Source: Acaryochloris thomasi RCC1774 | GTDB taxonomy: Bacteria > Cyanobacteriota > Cyanobacteriia > Thermosynechococcales > Thermosynechococcaceae | Direction: 5' to 3' | NCBI RefSeq assembly: GCF_003231495.1 | Contig: NZ_PQWO01000017.1 | Coordinates: 1-32,000 of the forward strand | DNA: 32,000 nt | Position numbers and translations under genes: made by a program | Notes under the pieces: generated by a model | Database searches by the model: none | What the model was told of the DNA's origin: nothing | What the model saw: only the letters and a program-made list of their open reading frames with translations | Shown here: piece by piece, positions 15,968-23,924 of the stretch | How positions within the stretch are numbered: the stretch's first letter is position 1 | Layout: every line of letters starts with the position of its first letter

Positions 15968-17221
15968 ATGGGCCGATATACCAAAGTCGACCTAGCATAC
16001 GAATTCTTGGTGGCCAAGGAGAAGCAAGACGAATCCTTTACTGTTCAACAACTATCCGAAGCAACCGGGTGGGCTGTCGTAACATGCAAAAATTATTTAT
16101 CAAAGCGTTGGCATCAGTATTTAGAAAGGGATGGAGATCAGTATTCAAGCGAAGCTATATTATTTCTAAGCAAAGAAGATTTTCAGGCTCTTCATTCTCA
16201 AAAGCTTCAACAAACTACCGACCTTTCCACGAGGGGAATGCTGATTCATAAAGCAAGGGAATTCGCCTTGCTTGCTGTCTCCGTATACAACAATCCATTC
16301 ACTAAATTCAAAACGTATGGGTTCATTGTAAATATTGTCGTCGCCTATGTTGCATTGTTTCATGCGATATTCGAGAAACGGGGAATCTGTTGCTCGCATC
16401 TTGATGCAGGCGGACATCCAGTACTTATTGACGGAGACGAGAAAGTCTGGGAGTTATCAGAGTGTGTACGTGAATATTGGAAAGGAGTAACAAGCCCAGT
16501 CGCAGCTAACCTACGCTTCCTAACTGGGCTTAGGAACAAAATTGAACACCGGAGTCTACCAGCTATTGACCTTGCGGTCGCTGGGGAGTGTCAGGCTGCA
16601 CTGGCGAACTTCGAAGATCTCCTCGTACAAGAGTTTGGTGATGAACACGCTCTGATAGCAGATCTGGCGATTGCCATGCAGCTTAGTAGAATTTCTGAGC
16701 AGGCACAGATTGACACACTAAAGCAGCTACAGAAGGAGAACTACAGAGTAGTTAAGGAGTACATGGAAACGTACCGGAACGATCTCGACGATGAGGTTGT
16801 CCAGAGTCAGAAATACCGTATTCGAGCATTCCTCGTTCCAAAACTTGGAAATCATGCAACAAGCAGCGATATTGCTATCGAATTTATCAACGTCAACGAA
16901 TTGTCTGAAGACGAACTTGCTAACTATGAACAAGGGGTGGCCTTCATAAAGGGAATTGAAAATCCCTACAAGCTTAGACCGACCAAAGTTATTGAACTTG
17001 TAAGGGAAAAAAGAGCGAGCTTCAATATGACCATGCACACGAAGTCTTGGAAGTACTATAAAGCTCGACCTCGTGAGCTGCAAAAGGGCTTTCGAGGGAA
17101 ATACTGTAGCTTTATCGAGGGATTCGATGGCTATCTCTATTCCAAGCACTGGGTGAACTTTCTTGTCAGTGAACTCGCGTCAGAAGAAACGATGACTTCA
17201 ATCAAAGCACAGGCTATTTAG
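15968..17221 (+). CDS. HEPN-motif protein (DUF3644/Abi-like), candidate defence or toxin RNase
   Basis: Exact RNxxxH motif RNKIEH at aa 189-194 (nt 16532-16549). It follows a helical segment LLAVSVYNNPFTKFKTYGFIVNIVVAYVALFHAIFEKRG that resembles DUF3644-type HEPN families. The gene is AT-richer, contains no HIP1, and is flanked by two TA pairs. Confidence 0.6.
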   Translation: MGRYTKVDLAYEFLVAKEKQDESFTVQQLSEATGWAVVTCKNYLSKRWHQYLERDGDQYSSEAILFLSKEDFQALHSQKLQQTTDLSTRGMLIHKAREFALLAVSVYNNPFTKFKTYGFIVNIVVAYVALFHAIFEKRGICCSHLDAGGHPVLIDGDEKVWELSECVREYWKGVTSPVAANLRFLTGLRNKIEHRSLPAIDLAVAGECQAALANFEDLLVQEFGDEHALIADLAIAMQLSRISEQAQIDTLKQLQKENYRVVKEYMETYRNDLDDEVVQSQKYRIRAFLVPKLGNHATSSDIAIEFINVNELSEDELANYEQGVAFIKGIENPYKLRPTKVIELVREKRASFNMTMHTKSWKYYKARPRELQKGFRGKYCSFIEGFDGYLYSKHWVNFLVSELASEETMTSIKAQAI

Positions 17222-17522
17222 AGATAAAGATGGTGTCTAGAACAACCGCAAAGAAATCAGTCCACATTGGATACTCACGAGATCGAGCGCAGGCCAGCTC
17301 TAATAAGCGGTTGCAGCAGACGAAAATTCCGCTATGTGAAATTTTTGCGTCTGTACCAAAACGTTAGATATCAGCCATCCAAAAACTCAATTAAGTGACC
17401 AAGTGTTGTGGTTGATGTCGGCGGAAAACGCGATCGCTATCTTGAACAAGTTGCTTACGACAACATGCATAACGACGGATCGATAGCATAGATAAAACTC
17501 TTGGTCAAAGCTGTGCAGATTG

Positions 17523-17840
17523 CTAGCACTTCGCAACAGAAATCTTTTCAGGAGTCAATCGATATCCCAGGGCATTGAGAATAGCATTCACACTTTCAAA
17601 TTTTGGACTTCCCTCGATTGATAGCGCTTTTTGCAATCCTTTCCGTGACATCCCCGCAGCCGCAGCAGTTGCGGTGATCCCCTTTGCTCGGGCGATGGTT
17701 CGTAGAGACGCAAGCAAAGCTCCGATATCACCATCTTGAGCATAGTCTTCAAAGAGAATAGAGAGATATTCATCTATTTCTTCAGGATGTTGCTGGAAAT
17801 ATTCAGCTTCTAGCTGATCAAGGGTTCTCAGTTGTCGCAT
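17523..17840 (-). CDS. HigA-type antitoxin (addiction module antidote protein, HTH)
   Basis: LRTIARAKGITATAAAAGMSRKGLQKALSIEGSPKFESVNAILNALGYRL is the typical HTH pattern of antidote proteins encoded downstream of killer proteins. It overlaps the upstream toxin ORF by 23 nt. Confidence 0.75.
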   Translation of the reverse strand: MRQLRTLDQLEAEYFQQHPEEIDEYLSILFEDYAQDGDIGALLASLRTIARAKGITATAAAAGMSRKGLQKALSIEGSPKFESVNAILNALGYRLTPEKISVAKC

Positions 17841-18201
17841 TGGTTAAATACTCCTTCCAGTAAGCTTGAGCCGTTTTAACATCAAGATTCTGAGTACTTT
17901 TGTCGCCGCCACAAAGCAAAATGACGAGCGTTGGGCCATTTTCGCCAAAGTAAACTCGATATCCAGGCCCGAAGAATAGTCTGAGTTCATAGACTCCACC
18001 CCCTAAAGCTTTGCAATCACCATAGTTACCTTGTTCGAGACGACGTAGACGACTCAAGATCCGCTTGCGACCCACCGTATCCCGAAGACTTGTAAGCCAT
18101 TGGCTGAAAGGCTCTTGACCTAATGCGTCTGCATAGACAAGGATCTGTTTCGGTAGTGAGGAGTTGGACAAGCTTCTATCAGAGTGCGTACCACAGTACA
18201 C
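17818..18201 (-). CDS. HigB/RelE-like toxin (addiction module killer protein family)
   Basis: FSQWLTSLRD...RILSRLRRLEQGNYGDCKALGGGVYELRLFFGPGYRVYFGENGPTLVILLCGGDKSTQNLDV is the characteristic killer-protein pattern. The toxin-first gene order is as in higBA. The true start may be downstream of the listed ATG. Confidence 0.75.
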   Translation of the reverse strand: MYCGTHSDRSLSNSSLPKQILVYADALGQEPFSQWLTSLRDTVGRKRILSRLRRLEQGNYGDCKALGGGVYELRLFFGPGYRVYFGENGPTLVILLCGGDKSTQNLDVKTAQAYWKEYLTNATTENP

Positions 18202-18282
18202 TACTAAATCTTATCGAATGTAAATCCTGTATTGGTGAGATCGCACTCAACCTCATTCTTCTGCTGACGGGCTGGCTGTTGT

Positions 18283-18924
18283 TCAAGACCTAGCGGCCCT
18301 ATGGCCTTCGTGCAGTGTAGCAATACAGGCAGAATCATCTGCACAGTGATAGCCCGCCAATAAGGCTCGATTGACTTCCACTACGTGATGAGAAAACTGA
18401 TGATCGACGGTCTTGGCATCGGGTAGCCGATCAGCGTCAGCTTGATGGATAATGACAGCCCCTGATCCGACATATTTCCCGGTTGGGATCTCCACGTCTT
18501 GGATCAGCGCATGCATCATCACAACACAATGATCACCCACCTTGGCATTAAACACTGTTGATCGAAAGCCAATGAAGCAGTCATTACCAATATAGGCAGG
18601 TCCGTGAATCAAGGCCATGTGGGTAATGCAGGTATTTTCGCCAATCCAGACCGAATAGGGCTGATGATCATCGCCTCTGACCCGCCCCTGTTCTAAGCCA
18701 TGAATAACCACACCATCCTGGATATTGGTGTTCGCACCGATATAAAAGGGCATGCCCTCGTCTGCTCGAATGGAAGTGCCGGGTGCAATCAATACCTGTT
18801 GACCCAAGCGAACATCTCCGATCAAACTTGACGAGGGATGCACGTAAGCTGACGGATCCATTTGGGGTTGGTCTAGCCCTCGATCCCAAGGTGTCGGGGG
18901 CGAAGGCTGCTGGCGTAGGGGCAT
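18283..18924 (-). CDS. Stand-alone gamma-class carbonic anhydrase-like protein (left-handed beta-helix), resembling the N-terminal domain of CcmM
   Basis: Hexapeptide-repeat sequence with candidate metal-ligand histidines (VVIHG at H75; THMALIHG at H102/H107). The C-terminal helix carries Cys194 and Cys200 ([10 protein letters not shown]). No RbcS-like repeats follow. It is the last gene of the thrS-hisI string. Confidence 0.75.
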   Translation of the reverse strand: MPLRQQPSPPTPWDRGLDQPQMDPSAYVHPSSSLIGDVRLGQQVLIAPGTSIRADEGMPFYIGANTNIQDGVVIHGLEQGRVRGDDHQPYSVWIGENTCITHMALIHGPAYIGNDCFIGFRSTVFNAKVGDHCVVMMHALIQDVEIPTGKYVGSGAVIIHQADADRLPDAKTVDHQFSHHVVEVNRALLAGYHCADDSACIATLHEGHRAARS

Positions 18925-18959
18925 TTTTTACTCCACAGGTTTAAATTCAAGTGAACCCA

Positions 18960-19445
18960 TCAAAGCTGTGTCGGATTGGGGGTATCCCCATAGATCAGTT
19001 GAGGGTCAAAGGTTTTTGCGGTTTCTGTAAAGGTCAATGTAATGGGATAGTTTTCCCTCACCGCTTCCGTTCCCAAAGGAATTTGACGATAAAAACAAGA
19101 TCGATACCCCACATGGCAACTGGCTCCAGAGTCTGCAACAGTCACCCGCATCCAAAGGCAGTCTTGATCATCATCAATCAGCAATTGCTGGACGTATTGG
19201 ATCAAGCCACTGGTCGCGCCTTTGTGCCAGAGGGTCTGACGACTGCGGCTGTAGTAATGGGCTTCTCCGGTTTCGATAGTTTTGACCAAGGCGGCCTGAT
19301 TCATATAGGCATGCATCAATAGTTCGCCTGTCTGGGCATCGGTTGTCACAACAGGAATTAAGCCCGCTTGATTAAATTTGGGCGCGAGGGACGTGCCTTC
19401 TTCGACAGCTTCTACACAGGTGCGATCCGCAAATAGAGTCGTCAT
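18960..19445 (-). CDS. hisI: Phosphoribosyl-AMP cyclohydrolase, monofunctional HisI paralog
   Basis: [48 protein letters not shown]...DCLWMRV....[10 protein letters not shown] is the canonical HisI pattern including the Cys/His metal-ligand positions. There is no HisE domain. Confidence 0.85.
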   Translation of the reverse strand: MTTLFADRTCVEAVEEGTSLAPKFNQAGLIPVVTTDAQTGELLMHAYMNQAALVKTIETGEAHYYSRSRQTLWHKGATSGLIQYVQQLLIDDDQDCLWMRVTVADSGASCHVGYRSCFYRQIPLGTEAVRENYPITLTFTETAKTFDPQLIYGDTPNPTQL

Positions 19446-19505
19446 GGTAAACCTCGGTGATCACGATGGATGGAAACAGATACAGCTTTCATCAGTTCTC
19501 CTGAT

Positions 19506-21356
19506 CTAAATCTTTTGTTTAGCGTCAATGGCTGACTGCATTTTTTCGTACAGGTCACAGAGCGTTAACGGTCCCTGCTCTCCTGCCTGTCGGGTGCGAA
19601 TACTGAGGGTCTGGTTTTCCACTTCTCGCTTGCCCACGACCGCCACAACAGGAATTTTTTCTAGGGCAGCCAAACGAATTTGTTTCCCTAGACGCTCGCC
19701 GCTCCTATCGACCTCAGCTCGCCAGCCTTTCTGCGTAAGCTGGTTTAAGACTTCAAAGGCATACTCTTGCTGGGCATCACTGACGGTTAGCAATCGAATC
19801 TGCGTCGGCGCTAACCACAGCGGGAAATCCCCGGCATAGTTCTCGATCAAGATGCCAAAGAACCGCTCTAGCGATCCAAAAATGGCTCGATGGATCATGA
19901 TCGGGCGCTGCCGTGATCCGTCTGCGGCCACGTATTCCATCTCGAAGCGCTCTGGCAAGTTGAAATCGACTTGAATGGTGGAACATTGCCACAGCCGCCC
20001 GATCGCATCTCGAATCTTCAGATCGATTTTGGGACCATAGAACGCGCCGCCGCCCTCATCCGTGAGGTAATCCCAACCCTTACGCTCCAGGGCTGTGCTC
20101 AATGCCTGGGTGGCTAAGTCCCAAATGTCATCGCTGCCGACGGATTTGTCAGGCCGGGTTGAGAGGTTGATTTCATAATCGCTAAAGCCAAAGTCAGACA
20201 GCACCTTTTCGGTGAGATTCAGGACGGCCAAAATCTCATCCGCCACCTGATCAGGCAGACAAAAGACGTGGGCGTCATCTTGAGTAAAGCCCCTGACCCG
20301 CATCAGTCCATGCAGTGTCCCGGAGCGTTCGTAACGATAGACCGTTCCCAGCTCGGCCCACCGTAGGGGAAACTCTCGATAGGAGTGGAGTTCATGCTGG
20401 TAGGTGAGCACATGAAAGGGGCAGTTCATCGGCTTGATCTGATAATCCTGAGTTTCCACCGCCATTTGATCAAACATGCTGTCGCGGTAGAACTCAAAAT
20501 GGCCGGACGTTTTCCAGAGATCAAGATTGGCGATGTGGGGCGTATAGAGTAGCTCATACCCTGCTGCTAAATGTGCCTGCCGCCAGTAGTCTTCGATGAT
20601 GTGGCGAATCCTGGCCCCGCGAGGATGCCAAAAGACCAGCCCCCCTCCAGCAGCCTCTTCAATACTGAACAGCTTCAGTGTCTTTCCCAAAAGACGGTGA
20701 TCTCGGCGCTGAGCCTCTTCTTTTTGGTGTAGGTAGGCTTTTAACTGCTTTGGAGTTTCCCAGGCGGTTCCATAGATCCGCTGCAGTTGAGCTTGGGTTT
20801 CATCGCCACGCCAATAAGCTCCAGCGACACTTTCGAGCATGAATGCCTTTGAATGCAGCTCGCCTGTACTGTTGAGATGGGGACCCGAGCACAGATCCCA
20901 CCAAAATTCATCAGGGGCCACTGACAACGGAGCAATCAGCGAGGCTTCCGCCTCTGGATGCTGTGTCCGGCCTGTGTCAGGACTGCCAATGAAATAGCGG
21001 GTAATCGCTTCCTCTGCAGGAATCTGGGCCAATATTTCTAATTTGTAGGGTTCTTGCAACTGTTCTAGTTCAGCCGTCATCTGATCGCGATCCACTTGTT
21101 CGCGGATGATGGGCAAATTGGCCTTGATGATGCGCCGCATCTGAGTTGCGATCGCATCCAGATCCTCTGGCGTAAAAGCCTGGGCACGGTCAAAGTCATA
21201 GTAGAAACCTGTCTCAGTCGTTGGACCAATCGTCACCTTTGTCTCAGGAAACAGATGCTGCACCGCCATAGCCATCACATGAGCGCAGGTGTGGCGAAGT
21301 CGCTGTAGCTGTTCGGTGGAATTAGGCGCTGACAGCGTACGAGAAACGGTAGACAT
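19506..21356 (-). CDS. thrS: Threonyl-tRNA synthetase paralog lacking the N-terminal TGS domain
   Basis: Begins 20 aa before the editing-domain RHTCAH motif (E. coli has about 68 aa before RHSCAH). The catalytic Zn-ligand contexts are retained (PMNCPFH, FTQDDAHVFC, IMIHRAIFGSLERF). The divergent folE starts only 143 nt upstream, which is too little room for a TGS domain. Confidence 0.9.
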   Translation of the reverse strand: MSTVSRTLSAPNSTEQLQRLRHTCAHVMAMAVQHLFPETKVTIGPTTETGFYYDFDRAQAFTPEDLDAIATQMRRIIKANLPIIREQVDRDQMTAELEQLQEPYKLEILAQIPAEEAITRYFIGSPDTGRTQHPEAEASLIAPLSVAPDEFWWDLCSGPHLNSTGELHSKAFMLESVAGAYWRGDETQAQLQRIYGTAWETPKQLKAYLHQKEEAQRRDHRLLGKTLKLFSIEEAAGGGLVFWHPRGARIRHIIEDYWRQAHLAAGYELLYTPHIANLDLWKTSGHFEFYRDSMFDQMAVETQDYQIKPMNCPFHVLTYQHELHSYREFPLRWAELGTVYRYERSGTLHGLMRVRGFTQDDAHVFCLPDQVADEILAVLNLTEKVLSDFGFSDYEINLSTRPDKSVGSDDIWDLATQALSTALERKGWDYLTDEGGGAFYGPKIDLKIRDAIGRLWQCSTIQVDFNLPERFEMEYVAADGSRQRPIMIHRAIFGSLERFFGILIENYAGDFPLWLAPTQIRLLTVSDAQQEYAFEVLNQLTQKGWRAEVDRSGERLGKQIRLAALEKIPVVAVVGKREVENQTLSIRTRQAGEQGPLTLCDLYEKMQSAIDAKQKI

Positions 21357-21395
21357 AGAGGGATTAGAGATAACGGCAATGGGTTGCCCATGAAT

Positions 21396-21412
21396 ATGAT
21401 AATGATTATCAT
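21396..21412. promoter_or_regulatory. Zur box (ATGATAATGATTATCAT) in the divergent thrS / folE intergenic region
   Basis: The best palindrome of the five. It lies 40 nt from the thrS ATG (21356) and 88 nt from the folE ATG (21500), so it is positioned to control both divergent operons. Confidence 0.8.
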
Positions 21413-21499
21413 TATACTTGCCAGTCTCCAGTTTGCTTCTGTATTGAAATCGACTGGACTTCGGAGTTCCCTATATCCCTTTCTACGTTAGGAGTTTGT

Positions 21500-22135
21500 A
21501 TGACCCTGTCTTCGATGCCCTCGTTTGTGCCTGATACTATTGCCACTGAGGCTAAACCCATCGTTTCGGAAGCACAAATGCAGGACGCCGTCCGCACATT
21601 GTTGCTGGGCATGGGGGAAGATCCTGATCGAGAGGGGCTGCGAGATACCCCCAAGCGAGTCGTCAAATCTTTAAAATTTCTGTCCTCCGGGTATCAAATG
21701 TCCCTGGATGAGTTGCTCAATGGGGCCGTCTTTTCCGAGAACTTAGACGAGATGGTCTTAGTGCGTGATATTGACCTGTTTAGTTCCTGCGAACATCACA
21801 TTCTGCCGATTTTGGGTAAAGCCCATGTTGCCTATATTCCCAACGGCAAAGTTATTGGCCTCTCTAAAATTGCCCGCATTTGTGAGATGTACGCTCGGCG
21901 GCTACAGGTGCAAGAACGGTTGACCGCCCAGATTGCCGATGCCTTGCAGGGACTGCTCAAGCCCCAAGGTGTGGCCGTCGTTGTCGAAGCCACCCATATG
22001 TGCATGGTGATGCGGGGGGTACAAAAACCTGGCTCTTGGACCTCGACGAGCGCCATGCGGGGCGCGTTTGCCGGTGATGCCCGTACCCGCCAAGAGTTTT
22101 TCAATCTGGTTGCTCATTCCGCTGCAATTCGTTAA
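21500..22135 (+). CDS. folE: GTP cyclohydrolase I, type 1 (FolE; Zn-ligand motifs retained)
   Basis: [20 protein letters not shown] and [11 protein letters not shown] motifs are present. The gene is preceded by an AGGAG RBS. Confidence 0.9.
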   Translation: MTLSSMPSFVPDTIATEAKPIVSEAQMQDAVRTLLLGMGEDPDREGLRDTPKRVVKSLKFLSSGYQMSLDELLNGAVFSENLDEMVLVRDIDLFSSCEHHILPILGKAHVAYIPNGKVIGLSKIARICEMYARRLQVQERLTAQIADALQGLLKPQGVAVVVEATHMCMVMRGVQKPGSWTSTSAMRGAFAGDARTRQEFFNLVAHSAAIR

Positions 22136-22162
22136 TGAAACTCTCTTATTCAGGACTGAGCG

Positions 22163-23143
22163 ATGCTCCCCCTCCCTGGACAGTTTGAAAAACGCCTGCC
22201 CGTCACGATGATCACGGGATTTTTGGGCAGCGGTAAAACCACCCTGCTCAATCATCTGTTGGGGCATCTTGGCGGTCGGCGCGTGGCTGTGTTTGTCAAC
22301 GAATTTGGGGCCATTGATATTGATAGCCAAATTCTAGTGGCCGTTGATGAAGACATTGTTTCCCTCAAGAACGGCTGCGTATGCTGTCAGGTCAAGGAGG
22401 ACTTTCTAAGGGCGCTGAGGCGGGTGTTAGCCTACGACCACATGCAAAAAGCTGCAGGCAAGCAGGGCTTAGAGGCGATTCTCCTAGAAACATCGGGTGT
22501 GGCAGACCCCTATCCCATCATGCTCACCTTTAGGGTCAGTGAGCTGTGGAGCCTGACTCGCCTCGATGCGGTGCTAACGGTGGTAGATGCAGAAACGTTT
22601 ACCGCTGAGCACTTCCAGAGTCAGACTGCCCTCCGTCAGATCCAGTACGGAGATATTATTTTACTCAACAAGGCCGATCTCGTAGGGGACAAACAGCTCA
22701 GTCATTTAGAGGCTGAAATTAAGCGCCTTAAGCCCCAAGCAAGGGTCCTACCCATGACCTATGGTCAAGTCCCGTTATCGAGTGTTCTCGATGTGGCACT
22801 CTTCTCAGGTGACAGAGAAGCAAGTGCTGCGCCAGCCACCCTGCATATACAAGACGATGGCTTTGTTGCCGTGCCCTTTGAAAGCGATCGCCCCTTCGTG
22901 CTCAAAAAATTTCAGCAGTTTTTGGACTACCAGTTACCTGCAGATGTCTTTCGGGCCAAGGGCGTTCTTTGGTTTACAGAAAGCCCCCACAGGCATCTGT
23001 TTCAACTGAGCGGTAAGCGGAGCCAGTTTCAGGATGAATCTTGGTTTCAGCCGCCCAAAAATCAACTGGTGTGTATCGGTCGCAACTTAGATTCAGAACA
23101 ATTACAGCAACAGCTCCAGCAGTGTTTAGCCTTGACCCATTGA
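22163..23143 (+). CDS. COG0523-family (CobW/ZigA/YeiR-like) metallochaperone GTPase
   Basis: P-loop ITGFLGSGKTTLLNHLL, metal-binding GCVCCQV (CxCC), ETSGVADP, LLNKADL and a CobW C-terminal domain (FRAKGVLWF...QLVCIG). Confidence 0.85.
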   Translation: MLPLPGQFEKRLPVTMITGFLGSGKTTLLNHLLGHLGGRRVAVFVNEFGAIDIDSQILVAVDEDIVSLKNGCVCCQVKEDFLRALRRVLAYDHMQKAAGKQGLEAILLETSGVADPYPIMLTFRVSELWSLTRLDAVLTVVDAETFTAEHFQSQTALRQIQYGDIILLNKADLVGDKQLSHLEAEIKRLKPQARVLPMTYGQVPLSSVLDVALFSGDREASAAPATLHIQDDGFVAVPFESDRPFVLKKFQQFLDYQLPADVFRAKGVLWFTESPHRHLFQLSGKRSQFQDESWFQPPKNQLVCIGRNLDSEQLQQQLQQCLALTH

Positions 23144-23147
23144 TTTT

Positions 23148-23924
23148 ATGAGTACTCCCTCTTTTCTCGCCGTTTCTGGTCCCCCTGGCAGTGGTAAAAC
23201 CACCTGGATTAAACAATTTCTCAAAGATGAAACGGCTCCCTTGTTTTATCTCTATCCGGGGTTAGGCAACGTTTCCGTAGATCTGATGCGGATTGGCTAT
23301 ACCTTTCCCTGGGTGCAGGTGATTCCTGAGAGCCAAATACAGCAGGCACTCACCGCACTGCCAGACCAGGCGGTGGTTTACCTAGAGCTGGGCTTTCACC
23401 TGAATTTAGACTCACCATTTCTCAGCGCTTTGCCCTGCCATCAAGTTGCAGTGCTCCCCCCTGATCTCCAAGACTCTGAATGGCATCAATGGGCCGATGA
23501 AATTTGTCTGGGCAACGATATTGCGACTCCTGATGTAGCCAAGCCGCCTGAGCTATGGCATACGCCTCTACAGGGACAGGTCTTTGATCCCCCTAGCTTA
23601 GAGGTCGTGTTGACTGAAATAGCAGGGGGAGCCTACGGTAAAGTCCATCGCTTAAAAGGCATTTTTGAGATGCCCGATGGACAAGCCCTTAGCATCGATT
23701 TTGTAGCAGGGCTAGAGGGCATCGAATATACCGAACTGAATATACCTCGTTGGCTAGAGGGACGCCCCCATCGCTACAGCGGCGTTGAGGTGATCGGCGA
23801 CAACCTAGAGCAAGAGATCATTGCTCAGACCCTATTGGATAGCAGCTTGGCAGATGAGACGCTCTCCTATTATCAACAGCAATACAAGACCTTAGAGCCA
23901 GTCGAGGAGGCTGTTTCTGTATGA
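23148..23924 (+). CDS. Degenerate COG0523-like P-loop protein lacking the CxCC metal motif
   Basis: P-loop VSGPPGSGKTTWIKQFL and a CobW_C-like end (VHRLKGIFEMPDGQALSIDFV), but no CxCC and no NKxD-like motif. It starts 4 nt after the preceding stop and overlaps the next gene by ATGA. Confidence 0.6.
   Translation: MSTPSFLAVSGPPGSGKTTWIKQFLKDETAPLFYLYPGLGNVSVDLMRIGYTFPWVQVIPESQIQQALTALPDQAVVYLELGFHLNLDSPFLSALPCHQVAVLPPDLQDSEWHQWADEICLGNDIATPDVAKPPELWHTPLQGQVFDPPSLEVVLTEIAGGAYGKVHRLKGIFEMPDGQALSIDFVAGLEGIEYTELNIPRWLEGRPHRYSGVEVIGDNLEQEIIAQTLLDSSLADETLSYYQQQYKTLEPVEEAVSV

Noticed and set aside
15795-16251. Small ORFs at 15795-15995 (66 aa) and 15955-16251 (98 aa) near the HEPN gene, considered as a possible cognate antitoxin
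   Set aside because: The first has a non-ATG start, no RBS-like sequence and no motif. The second is an alternative frame inside the 417-aa ORF. Neither is supported.
21412-21666. An 84-aa minus-strand ORF spanning the thrS/folE intergenic region
   Set aside because: It is antisense to the folE 5' end, its translation is low-complexity Ser/Arg-rich, and it abuts the Zur box (21396-21412) and lies in the shared promoter region.
21500-22135. Possibility that the Zur-linked GTP cyclohydrolase is the zinc-independent FolE2 (COG1469)
   Set aside because: The sequence has the type-1 FolE motifs CEHH and HMCMVMRG and is about 211 aa long, so it is canonical FolE.
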